Below, piece after piece: positions 24,700-31,464 of a stretch of 32,000 bases of DNA. Origin of the DNA: a bacterium (GTDB lineage Bacteria; UBP7; UBA6624; JBBIMK01). A program made the position numbers and the translations under genes. The number at the start of each line of letters is the position of its first letter. The stretch's first letter is position 1. Location: NCBI GenBank assembly GCA_037444445.1, contig JBBIMK010000001.1:210001-242000 (forward strand), in the 5' to 3' direction. The notes under the pieces are model-generated. The model was not told where the DNA came from, did not search any database, and was given only the letters and a program-made list of their open reading frames with translations.

Positions 24700-25046
24700 G
24701 GAGAGGAAAGGGCTCCTGCCTTCTGAAATAAGCGGTAGAGAATTCGGCTTAAATCTGAGGATGAGAATTCGTTCACTGCCTGAGTGGGCAGAAGGATGAA
24801 CCATCCTCCGGTATGAAAATGCGGGAGAGTATGCAAGAACCATGCTCTAACGCGGCGACGGAAAGTGTTCCTATCATGAGCCTTACCTCGCTTTTTAGGC
24901 ACGACAAAACCGAGGCGAGGTGGAGAGTCTGGTTGCGGTAAAGCCAGGAGCATCAAACTGCCCTCGTAGAAACGCTTTCCCTCCTGAAACACGGTTTCAA
25001 ACTCACGATTTTTATGCAAAAAGCAGTCAGAATAACGGATTTTCAC
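24696..25046 (-). CDS. rnpA: Ribonuclease P protein component
   Basis: 116-aa ORF with a GTG start immediately after the rpmH stop. It has the RnpA pattern (KNREFETVFQEGKRF...RLGFVVPKKRGKAHDRNTFRRRVR). Confidence 0.9.
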   Translation of the reverse strand: MKIRYSDCFLHKNREFETVFQEGKRFYEGSLMLLALPQPDSPPRLGFVVPKKRGKAHDRNTFRRRVRAWFLHTLPHFHTGGWFILLPTQAVNEFSSSDLSRILYRLFQKAGALSSP

Positions 25047-25190
25047 CTATCCTGAAACGGTCAGGCGTTTTCTACCTTTTCTGCGGCGTCGGTTCAAAAC
25101 CTTTTGTCCCCCCCGGTGGCTCATCCGAGCCAAGAATCCGTGAGTCCGAACCCGCTTCCTTTTCTTCGGCTGATAAGTCCGCTTCGCCAT
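25047..25190 (-). CDS. rpmH: 50S ribosomal protein L34
   Basis: Hand translation of the minus strand from the ATG at 25190 gives [47 protein letters not shown] plus TAG. That is 47 aa, too short for the ORF track. An AGAGGTAAGG SD lies upstream. Confidence 0.95.
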   Translation of the reverse strand: MAKRTYQPKKRKRVRTHGFLARMSHRGGQKVLNRRRRKGRKRLTVSG

Positions 25191-25213
25191 ACCTTACCTC
25201 TTGACCATTTTTC

Positions 25214-25242
25214 ATTATACTCTTTTTCATTTGCCTTCGCAA
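25214..25242 (-). promoter_or_regulatory. Sigma70-type promoter TTGCGA-17-TATAAT for the rpmH operon
   Basis: The minus strand reads TTGCGAaggcaaatgaaaaagagTATAATgaaaaatggtcaAGAGGTAAGGtATG. The -10 is at 25214-25219 and the -35 at 25237-25242. Confidence 0.6.
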
Positions 25243-25433
25243 AATCTGGCTCATCTGGCAGAGTGGAAAATATTTTTCGGAGATTTACTTCCAATGAAGA
25301 GTTTTTGTATCTATGGGATGTGGTTGAATCCCGAATGCATCATAAAAAGTGAGTTCCAGCAGATACGCACTGAATCCAATCAGAGGAGTTCCCAGGCTTT
25401 TGTTTTGTGATATAGTGAGGGAGGAGGTGATAA

Positions 25434-25823
25434 ATGATGAAATATCTGGAAATTCTTTACCGGAATGGGGAGAAGGATTTGATCAACCTGGCGACGGTTT
25501 CATACATTTTAATGCGGAATACCCCCGACGGGAAGAAGGTTCTGGAGGTCATGTATCCAGAATATATCACCCTCACGGTTTCGCAGACAGCGATTCGCCA
25601 TGGTGGAGTAATCCCCCATCGCCAGTATGCGGTGGTCGGTATCACACTCACGGACCGACTTGCAGAGGAGGGATATAAAGCCATTCTGGAGTTACTTTCT
25701 TCAGAGAAGGGGCTGATTTCCATAAAGGAGGAAGGCATTCGGGAGGAAGCCCCACCCCTGCGTCCTGCCCCGATGCTGGAAGAAAAAACCACTCCTCCAC
25801 CGCGTAGCGTTGGGTTTCCATAA
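25434..25823 (+). CDS. Hypothetical protein (129 aa) with a Pro-rich C-terminal tail
   Basis: A strong SD (GGGAGGAGGTGAtaa) lies directly upstream of ATGATG, and a candidate TGaTATAGT extended -10 lies just before it. The sequence is protein-like (MMKYLEILYRNGEKDLINLATVSYILMRNTPDGKKVLEV...). I recognise no family. Confidence 0.6.
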   Translation: MMKYLEILYRNGEKDLINLATVSYILMRNTPDGKKVLEVMYPEYITLTVSQTAIRHGGVIPHRQYAVVGITLTDRLAEEGYKAILELLSSEKGLISIKEEGIREEAPPLRPAPMLEEKTTPPPRSVGFP

Positions 25824-25854
25824 AACTCTTTTTCGCCCACATCCTTTCCACAGT

Positions 25855-26367
25855 CTATTCCGGGAATTCTAACTCTCGGCGCAAAACAGGAAGATAAGAA
25901 TAAAGCGTTTCACCCGGACATTCGGTATGGGGGTCCAGGTCCTTATGACCCCAGATTCCCTGCGGCGGGAGGTTAAAAGACCGTAGTAAATATCGGCAAA
26001 GGGAAACGAGGGCATGAATCCCGGGAGCCGACAGGGGATCCTGCTCTTTCCGATAATCACCCACCAGGCAAATGCCAATGCGTCCGGAGTTGTGATAACG
26101 GACATGAGCGCCTTCGGCGAGAATCGGGCGCCCCTCATATACCACCCCATCGGGTCCCACGAGAAAATGGTAACCGATGTCAGTGAATCCCCGATAGATT
26201 TGATGGTTTCTTTGAATTTCCTGAACTGTAGAAATTCCTTGATAACGGCTCGCATTGGGAATGGCAGAGTGATGGATGACGATAGAAAAGGGAGTATGAG
26301 GAATATAAGCAGTTTTTGCGGGGGCAGCTTTCCAGGCTTCCCGGGGTAGAAAAAAATAAGAACCCAT
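25855..26367 (-). CDS. N-acetylmuramoyl-L-alanine amidase, PGRP/T7-lysozyme (Amidase_2) type
   Basis: 170-aa ORF with IVIHHSA, DIGYHFLVGPDGVVYEGR, GAHVRYHNSGRIGICLVG and WGHKDLDPHTECPG (His/His/Cys zinc ligands). It has no signal peptide. Confidence 0.85.
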   Translation of the reverse strand: MGSYFFLPREAWKAAPAKTAYIPHTPFSIVIHHSAIPNASRYQGISTVQEIQRNHQIYRGFTDIGYHFLVGPDGVVYEGRPILAEGAHVRYHNSGRIGICLVGDYRKEQDPLSAPGIHALVSLCRYLLRSFNLPPQGIWGHKDLDPHTECPGETLYSYLPVLRRELEFPE

Positions 26368-26377
26368 ACTGCAGGTG

Positions 26378-26451
26378 CGGGGCCGACGGGATTTGAACCC
26401 GCGCTCTCTGGCGTGACAGGCCAGTATGTTAAACCGCTACACCACGGCCCC
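26378..26451 (-). tRNA. tRNA-Asp (anticodon GTC), no encoded CCA
   Basis: Hand-folded cloverleaf: acceptor GGGGCCG/CGGCCCC, anticodon stem CTGGC/GCCAG with loop CTGTCAC, T-arm GCGGG-TTCAAAT-CCCGT and discriminator G. Confidence 0.92.
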
Positions 26452-26460
26452 ACCCGAATA

Positions 26461-26534
26461 TGGGCGATGCACGATTCGAACGTGCGACCTCATGGGTGTG
26501 ATCCATGCGCTCTGACCCGCTGAGCTAATCGCCC
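26461..26534 (-). tRNA. tRNA-Val (anticodon CAC), no encoded CCA
   Basis: Hand-folded cloverleaf: acceptor GGGCGAT/ATCGCCC, D-arm GCTC..GAGC, anticodon stem CATGG/CCATG with loop ATCACAC, T-arm GCACG-TTCGAAT-CGTGC and discriminator A. Confidence 0.92.
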
Positions 26535-26546
26535 AACCGTAAGTAT

Positions 26547-26575
26547 ATTATATGCGGTGAGAGGCAAGAAAGCAA
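26547..26575 (-). promoter_or_regulatory. Candidate promoter TTGCTT-17-TATAAT for the tRNA-Val/tRNA-Asp(/amidase) transcript
   Basis: On the minus strand the -10 is at 26547-26552 and the -35 at 26570-26575. The -10 ends 12 nt upstream of the mature tRNA-Val 5' end. Confidence 0.5.
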
Positions 26576-26660
26576 AATAACGGGAAGGTTTGAGAATAAA
26601 ACAAACGGCGACATTCTGGCTTTCATCTCCACCGGGTTTTAGAGGGTAGAGTGAAGACGC

Positions 26661-27398
26661 TCAAACCTCCAGGGCGGAAGCGACGATAAGCCCTTCGGTG
26701 TCGAGAATCACAATCCGGCGACCGCGGATCTCCACGAGCCCTTTTCTTTCAAACTGTTTCAGCAGGCGGATAACCGTTTCGGGTGTCGTGCCAATCATCT
26801 CTGCCATTTCCTTCCGAGAAAGAGGGAGAGAAAGAACAACATGAGAGTTTTCGGGCCGTCCAAAGGTCTCTTTTAACATCAGCAGTAACTCGGCGAGCCG
26901 CTGGTCCGCCGTTTTTAACGCCAGAACCCGGATTTGTTCTTCCTCCGTCATCACTTCTTGACTCAAATTGCGGATGACTTCCAGTGCCAGGTTGGGATAA
27001 CGTGAGAGGAATGGGAAAAACCCGGATTTCTCAATAAAACAAATCACAGAATCTTCAATCGCTTCCGCGGAACTGGTGTACTCGCGCTCAGCAAAGATAG
27101 AAGCCATGCCTAAAATCTCCCCGCTGCCGTAAATCCGAAGAATATGCTGTTTCCCATCCTCTCCCGTTTTATAAAGTTTTACACGGCCGGAATTGATGCA
27201 GTAAACACCCAGTGGCTTACTGCCCTCGTAGAAGAGCAACTGCCCCTTTTTATAAAAATTCACAAGTTTAGAGCGGTTGAAGGGCTCCAGAGCCTCCGGA
27301 GGAAGGGAATGAAACAAGTTCATAAAGCGAATTGGACAAGTTCCACAATCGCAGGCAGAGCGGGATTTTACCCTATCATTATTTACCAGTTCTTCCAT
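26661..27398 (-). CDS. Crp/Fnr-family transcriptional regulator with an N-terminal Cys cluster
   Basis: A cNMP-binding-like beta-barrel (LFYEGSKPLGVYCINSGRVKLYK...GEILG) is followed by a C-terminal HTH (SRKEMAEMIGTTPETVIRLLKQFERKGLV). I start it at the ATG at 27398 (MEELVNNDRVKSRSACDCGTCPIRF...), which has a GGAG SD, because a near-consensus promoter lies inside the longer track ORF. Confidence 0.85.
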   Translation of the reverse strand: MEELVNNDRVKSRSACDCGTCPIRFMNLFHSLPPEALEPFNRSKLVNFYKKGQLLFYEGSKPLGVYCINSGRVKLYKTGEDGKQHILRIYGSGEILGMASIFAEREYTSSAEAIEDSVICFIEKSGFFPFLSRYPNLALEVIRNLSQEVMTEEEQIRVLALKTADQRLAELLLMLKETFGRPENSHVVLSLPLSRKEMAEMIGTTPETVIRLLKQFERKGLVEIRGRRIVILDTEGLIVASALEV

Positions 27399-27416
27399 TC
27401 CATTCTCCACTACAAT

Positions 27417-27445
27417 ATTATAGGGAAAAGGACGGAAAATGCCAA
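27417..27445 (-). promoter_or_regulatory. Sigma70-type promoter TTGGCA-17-TATAAT for the Crp/Fnr gene
   Basis: The minus strand reads TTGGCAttttccgtccttttcccTATAATattgtagtGGAGaatggaATG. The -10 is at 27417-27422 and the -35 at 27440-27445. Confidence 0.6.
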
Positions 27446-27461
27446 GTATCACAGAGAGGAA

Positions 27462-27495
27462 GATAAAAAGATATCAAAAAGATATGACAAATATC
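27462..27495. promoter_or_regulatory. Array of GATAT/ATATC half-sites phased ~10 bp apart with A-tracts (candidate operator)
   Basis: Read directly: aGATAaaaaGATATCaaaaaGATATgacaaATATCa. ATATC (27471-27475)/GATAT (27481-27485) and GATAT (27481-27485)/ATATC (27491-27495) form two overlapping 5-N5-5 palindromes. Confidence 0.45.
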
Positions 27496-27693
27496 ATTGT
27501 TTTCAGGGAAAAGACGGGGTCTAATAGAATTGGAAATTTGGGGAAAGGAGCGGCCGTGGCCAACGGATGCCTTCTTCCGCTCAAAAAATCAAAAAGGCCT
27601 CCGAGCCTCTCTCACCTCTCCCCCCGATCTCGAGGGCCGCGGGATGAAGGTTTCCGGCTGCTCCCCCCAATTTAATGTGGAAGGTGATGCAAA

Positions 27694-27969
27694 ATGACTA
27701 AATATCAATTGCGAGTAGAAATAGACTTAACACGATTCCTGGACGATTTAACAGCCGCCATAGAGAAAGCCCTTTCCACCGAGATCCCTGCTTCCATGAT
27801 TTTGAACAATCGGGAGAAAATTCGCAATGCATTAAAAGAGGTTCTCAACCAGGAAATTGCTTTCAACGACACCTGTGGTTTGTCTCTGGCTTGCAAAGAA
27901 GCAGTCCTGTATCCCCCCTGGTCTCCTGAGGCGGAAAAAATTCGTGCAGAAGAAAAGAAAAAAATCTAA
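27694..27969 (+). CDS. Hypothetical protein (91 aa)
   Basis: A GGAAGGTGAtgcaaa SD precedes the ATG. The sequence is helical-looking (MTKYQLRVEIDLTRFLDDLTAAIEKALS...) with a KIRAEEKKKI tail. I recognise no family. Confidence 0.5.
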   Translation: MTKYQLRVEIDLTRFLDDLTAAIEKALSTEIPASMILNNREKIRNALKEVLNQEIAFNDTCGLSLACKEAVLYPPWSPEAEKIRAEEKKKI

Positions 27970-27974
27970 GACGG

Positions 27975-28014
27975 AGTGTATTACCTATCTCAGGGTTAGA
28001 GGTAGCACACTTTT
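27975..28014 (+). terminator. Candidate intrinsic terminator between the convergent genes
   Basis: An interrupted hairpin, AGTGT-at-TACCT ... AGGTA-gc-ACACT, is followed by TTTT (28011-28014). It overlaps the stop of the minus-strand DUF58 gene. Confidence 0.4.
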
Positions 28015-29326
28015 AGAGTAAACCGCGTGATTTGATGCGATAATAAGCGTTGATGGTATTCACTGCCATCTGGGAGGCGGAGGTTTCTACCACCTCTATC
28101 CCTGCACTCTGAAGACGAGCCATAATAGCGTGCCGTATAGAAAGAAATTCTATGGAAGCCGCCTTCCGGTAGACTTCCTCTATCTTACGCGGAAAAGTAT
28201 GAGCAAGAGCCTCCACATCCTCATTCTGAAAGATGATGAGAAGAGGAAGGTGACGGGGTCTTAACCTCATACACTCTGTCAAAAGGGTTTGAGAAGAGTA
28301 TTCATCCAAAAGGTCGCTGAAAATGACCACCAGGGTTCTGTGGATGACCCGGGAAGAAAAATGAAGAAAAGCAGTTTCATAAGCCGGCTCCACAAATTGG
28401 GGCTGTAAGTTGTAGAGGGCTTCTCCGGTAAGGCTGAATATACGGCTTCCGCTGGAAGGGGGAAGGAAGCGCTGGATTTTTCTATCAAAAGCCAGAATTC
28501 CGAAACGGTCTCGCGACAGGTAAGCCGCATAAGATAGTAAGAAAGTCGCTTCCACGGCATAATCCAGTTTTGTTTTCTCAGCGATGCGAGACCGCATCAT
28601 CCGTCCGCAATCCAGAAATGCATATACATCTTGAAATGGCTCCTCTTCGTAATTTTTCACCATCAGAGAGCCTGTGCGAGCCGTGGCTTTCCAGTCGATG
28701 TGGCGGGGGTCATCATCCGGCAGGTAACTCCGGAGAGATTCAAAGGAGGTGCCCTGACCGAAGAGACGGCGAATCCTCACTCCCATCAAGTACTCTTCTT
28801 GATGAGCCAGAAGATTCAGGTATTGATTCACAGGCGATAGGTCTGGAAAAACACGGATGGAAGTAGAAAGAGGAATTTTCACCTGGCGTCCGGCGAGCCC
28901 GAATGGGCCGTAAAATCGGATAAATACTTGAGAAAGGGTAAAATCTCCTCTTCTGCGGGGAAGTATGGAATAGGTGAGAGAAGCCTGCCCCAGGGGGGGA
29001 AGCCAGAGTCTTCCTTCTGGAACTTCGGCTATCAGGTGAGGGTTCAACTCATCCTTCCATCGTAAGAAAAGCCAGCGACGAGTCCGATTCCGCACTTTAA
29101 GGGTAACCCTGGACTCCCGAAAGTGAAGGAGACGAGGGGGGATATTTCGGGAAATCCAGAGCGCAGAAGCCGCGGGCGTGAGCCCATAATCCAGTGCGCC
29201 CAGGAATATCAACACCAGGGTCATTGAAAACCCTATCTCGTTGAATACAGGGAAAAAAACTCCAAAAGGAATGAACAAAGTAGAAATGCTCAGTAAAAAG
29301 AGAAAAAGTGAAGTCAGAATCACCAT
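28013..29326 (-). CDS. DUF58 (vWA-like) protein with N-terminal TM helices
   Basis: 437-aa ORF with the hallmark DDPRHIDWKATARTGSLMVKNYEEE and a position directly downstream of MoxR. Confidence 0.8.
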   Translation of the reverse strand: MVILTSLFLFLLSISTLFIPFGVFFPVFNEIGFSMTLVLIFLGALDYGLTPAASALWISRNIPPRLLHFRESRVTLKVRNRTRRWLFLRWKDELNPHLIAEVPEGRLWLPPLGQASLTYSILPRRRGDFTLSQVFIRFYGPFGLAGRQVKIPLSTSIRVFPDLSPVNQYLNLLAHQEEYLMGVRIRRLFGQGTSFESLRSYLPDDDPRHIDWKATARTGSLMVKNYEEEPFQDVYAFLDCGRMMRSRIAEKTKLDYAVEATFLLSYAAYLSRDRFGILAFDRKIQRFLPPSSGSRIFSLTGEALYNLQPQFVEPAYETAFLHFSSRVIHRTLVVIFSDLLDEYSSQTLLTECMRLRPRHLPLLIIFQNEDVEALAHTFPRKIEEVYRKAASIEFLSIRHAIMARLQSAGIEVVETSASQMAVNTINAYYRIKSRGLL

Positions 29327-30301
29327 TTATCTTGGAACGGGAACCTGCTGAAGAAAGTCATTTAACAGGCTATCCGGGGTAAGTCCTTCCATCTGCGCCT
29401 CAGGTTTTAGAACAATACGGTGGCGTAAAACAGGGAGATAAATGGCTTTCACATCATCCGGTATCAAGTAGTTCCGCCCCCGGGAGGCGGCCAGCACGCG
29501 GGACGCAGTGAGTAAGTGAATGCCCGCTCTCGGACTGGCTCCCAGATGAATCCACACAGACTTTCTCGTGGCTTGAATCAAGGAAAATACATATCCGTGA
29601 AGTGAGGAATCCACATTCACCCCATGATATACATCTTGAGTTTTGACCATCTCTTCCGGGCGGAGAAGGGACTGGATATTCGCCAGGAGATTCTGTTCAC
29701 CCGATAATCCGGGATGTAGCCGATAGAGTTCCAATTCCTGCATCTCAGCAGGATAAGGCACCAGAATTTTCATCAGGAAGCGGTCCAATTGTGCCTCCGG
29801 AAGAGGAAAGGTGCCCTGCAGTTCTACAGGGTTCATCGTCGCAATGACGAAAAAAGGAGAGGGTAAGGAATAATCTACTCCATCCATGGTTACTTTCCTT
29901 TCTTGCATGGCCTCAAGAAGAGCGGACTGGGTTTTGGGGGAAGCGCGATTGATTTCATCTGCCAGAACCACATGAGAGAAAATAGGACCTTTTTTGAACT
30001 GAAATTCACCTTCTTTCATCCGATAAATACTCGTTCCGAGGATGTCAGAGGGCATCAAATCCGGCGTGAACTGAATCCTCCGGCATTGTCCGGAAAAAGT
30101 TCTGGAGAGGGCGGTTGCCAGAAGAGTTTTCCCTACACCAGGCACTCCTTCCAGTAGGATATGACCACCTGTAAAGAAAGCGACCAGCATCTGCTGGACG
30201 ACCTCATTCATGCCAATTAAAATTTTGCAGAGATTTTCTTCCATCCGTCGGAACAGAGATGGAAAATCTAACTCTGCCCGGACTTCTCCGTCGGCCATCA
30301 T
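29327..30301 (-). CDS. moxR: MoxR-family AAA+ ATPase
   Basis: 324-aa ORF with Walker A LLEGVPGVGKT, Walker B VLADEINRASPKTQSALLEAMQE and the FFVIATMNP sensor region. Confidence 0.9.
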   Translation of the reverse strand: MMADGEVRAELDFPSLFRRMEENLCKILIGMNEVVQQMLVAFFTGGHILLEGVPGVGKTLLATALSRTFSGQCRRIQFTPDLMPSDILGTSIYRMKEGEFQFKKGPIFSHVVLADEINRASPKTQSALLEAMQERKVTMDGVDYSLPSPFFVIATMNPVELQGTFPLPEAQLDRFLMKILVPYPAEMQELELYRLHPGLSGEQNLLANIQSLLRPEEMVKTQDVYHGVNVDSSLHGYVFSLIQATRKSVWIHLGASPRAGIHLLTASRVLAASRGRNYLIPDDVKAIYLPVLRHRIVLKPEAQMEGLTPDSLLNDFLQQVPVPR

Positions 30302-31464
30302 CTTGCTCTCAACTCCTCCTTCACCTGCTCCAGTCGTGCAGAAAATTTGAAAAGGTCCGATTCTTCCAGGGAAGGTTTCACCTCCAGTTGTTGTCGTAAG
30401 TATTCAACGGGTTGGATTTTCTTCCAGAGGGGGTCGTTTCGCAGGTTCGCAAGGTCAGGTAAAGAAGGCGAAACCCCATACCGATGAAACAGAAAATGGC
30501 GAAAATCCCTATAAAGTAGAGAAAAAATCTCCGAGCGCAGTTGAGCCTTTTGATAAAGATGCCCTGTGGCATTCACGAAATCCAGAGCGCCGCGTAGCTT
30601 CTCCTGCTCAGGCAAGAAGCGGATGGACCCAAAACGGACCCCCCGTACCCATAGATATACCAGCAAGAGGAAAATCAGTTGAATGGGAAAAAAGGGATGG
30701 AGAGCCGATACCCCGGGAACAGAATTCACACGAGGCAGAACGTATCCATGATGATACTCGTCAAAATAGATAGGACGGTCCAAATTTTTCAACCACTCAT
30801 AGAAAAATTGAAAATTATCCTGAGAAAGTATCCATTCATTGGTCAGATAATCGTAGGATGAAAAGAAATACACTTTTCCAGAACCCATAGGAATTTCGTA
30901 GGCTACAGGAGAGCGGTCCATCCGGCGCAGCACTGGAGATGCATCCTGAAGGTGAGTGGTCAGGGAAGCCGGCCGATATACGCGGAGTTTAAGTTTCTTT
31001 GAGTAGGAACGCATCGCCTCACCAGGAAATACATCTTCCACCTGCACACCAACCCGGGAGTCAGTGGCCAGGAATGGAGTTTCTACTTGAAAGGTATCGT
31101 AGATAGCCGATTCTATCGCTGGAGAAAGAAAAGAAGCACTGAGGCCGCTGAAAAAGAGAAAAACTCCTCCTTGATGAATCCACGGCCGTAAAAGCAATAG
31201 CTCTGAATGGGATAGATATTCCGTTGGCGCTGTAAGAATCATCACACTGTTCACCGACGGGAGAGTATCGTAGGGGGATTGCCAGCGGTGAACTGAAAAA
31301 CCCGATTTCTCCAGAGTTGTATAAAGGGCTTTCCACCCCAGCGGTAAGGGACTGAAAGTGTCAGGTTGATTCAAATCCCCTTTCTCCCGCTGGATAAGCA
31401 AAAGAATCAACAGGAGACCGACGAAAGCCAGCAAAAAGAAAAGAAAGAGAAACACCTTACGCAT
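30298..31464 (-). CDS. DUF4350-like membrane protein
   Basis: 388-aa ORF with an N-terminal TM, an extracytoplasmic domain (GWKALYTTLEKSGFSV...VMILTAP...WIHQGGVFLFF) and a second TM (HPFFPIQLIFLLLVYLW). It has an ATGA overlap with moxR. The family call is from pattern and context only. Confidence 0.55.
   Translation of the reverse strand: MRKVFLFLFFLLAFVGLLLILLLIQREKGDLNQPDTFSPLPLGWKALYTTLEKSGFSVHRWQSPYDTLPSVNSVMILTAPTEYLSHSELLLLRPWIHQGGVFLFFSGLSASFLSPAIESAIYDTFQVETPFLATDSRVGVQVEDVFPGEAMRSYSKKLKLRVYRPASLTTHLQDASPVLRRMDRSPVAYEIPMGSGKVYFFSSYDYLTNEWILSQDNFQFFYEWLKNLDRPIYFDEYHHGYVLPRVNSVPGVSALHPFFPIQLIFLLLVYLWVRGVRFGSIRFLPEQEKLRGALDFVNATGHLYQKAQLRSEIFSLLYRDFRHFLFHRYGVSPSLPDLANLRNDPLWKKIQPVEYLRQQLEVKPSLEESDLFKFSARLEQVKEELRAR

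Noticed and set aside
24700-24843. Longer 117-aa version of yidD overlapping rnpA.
   Set aside because: The YidD family is ~70-85 aa. The canonical sequence begins at the ATG at 24699, which forms an ATGA overlap with the rnpA stop.
25318-25345. tRNA T-arm-like string (ggttgaatcccgaa) that might be an att-type remnant of tRNA-Asp integration.
   Set aside because: It is inverted relative to the tRNA, so it is not a direct repeat. The flanks do not form a T-stem, and the match is too short to mean anything.
25191-25433. Possible oriC or DnaA-box cluster upstream of rpmH, the classical rpmH-dnaA neighbourhood.
   Set aside because: There is no dnaA gene here and no 9-mer within one mismatch of TTATCCACA in the spacer. 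The 8/9 matches I saw (about 14620, 15743 and 18783) are isolated and lie inside coding regions.
27399-27452. Longer N-terminus of the Crp/Fnr ORF (MILGIFRPFPYNIVVENG...).
   Set aside because: A TTGGCA-17-TATAAT promoter and a GGAG SD lie inside this extension, so the ATG at 27398 is the likely start.
27530-27693. Whether the GC-rich spacer is SRP RNA, 6S RNA or a known riboswitch class (fluoride, ZTP, guanidine, c-di-GMP, cobalamin, TPP).
   Set aside because: I could not find any of the signature sequences of these families by eye. It is kept only as an unclassified structured leader in the findings.
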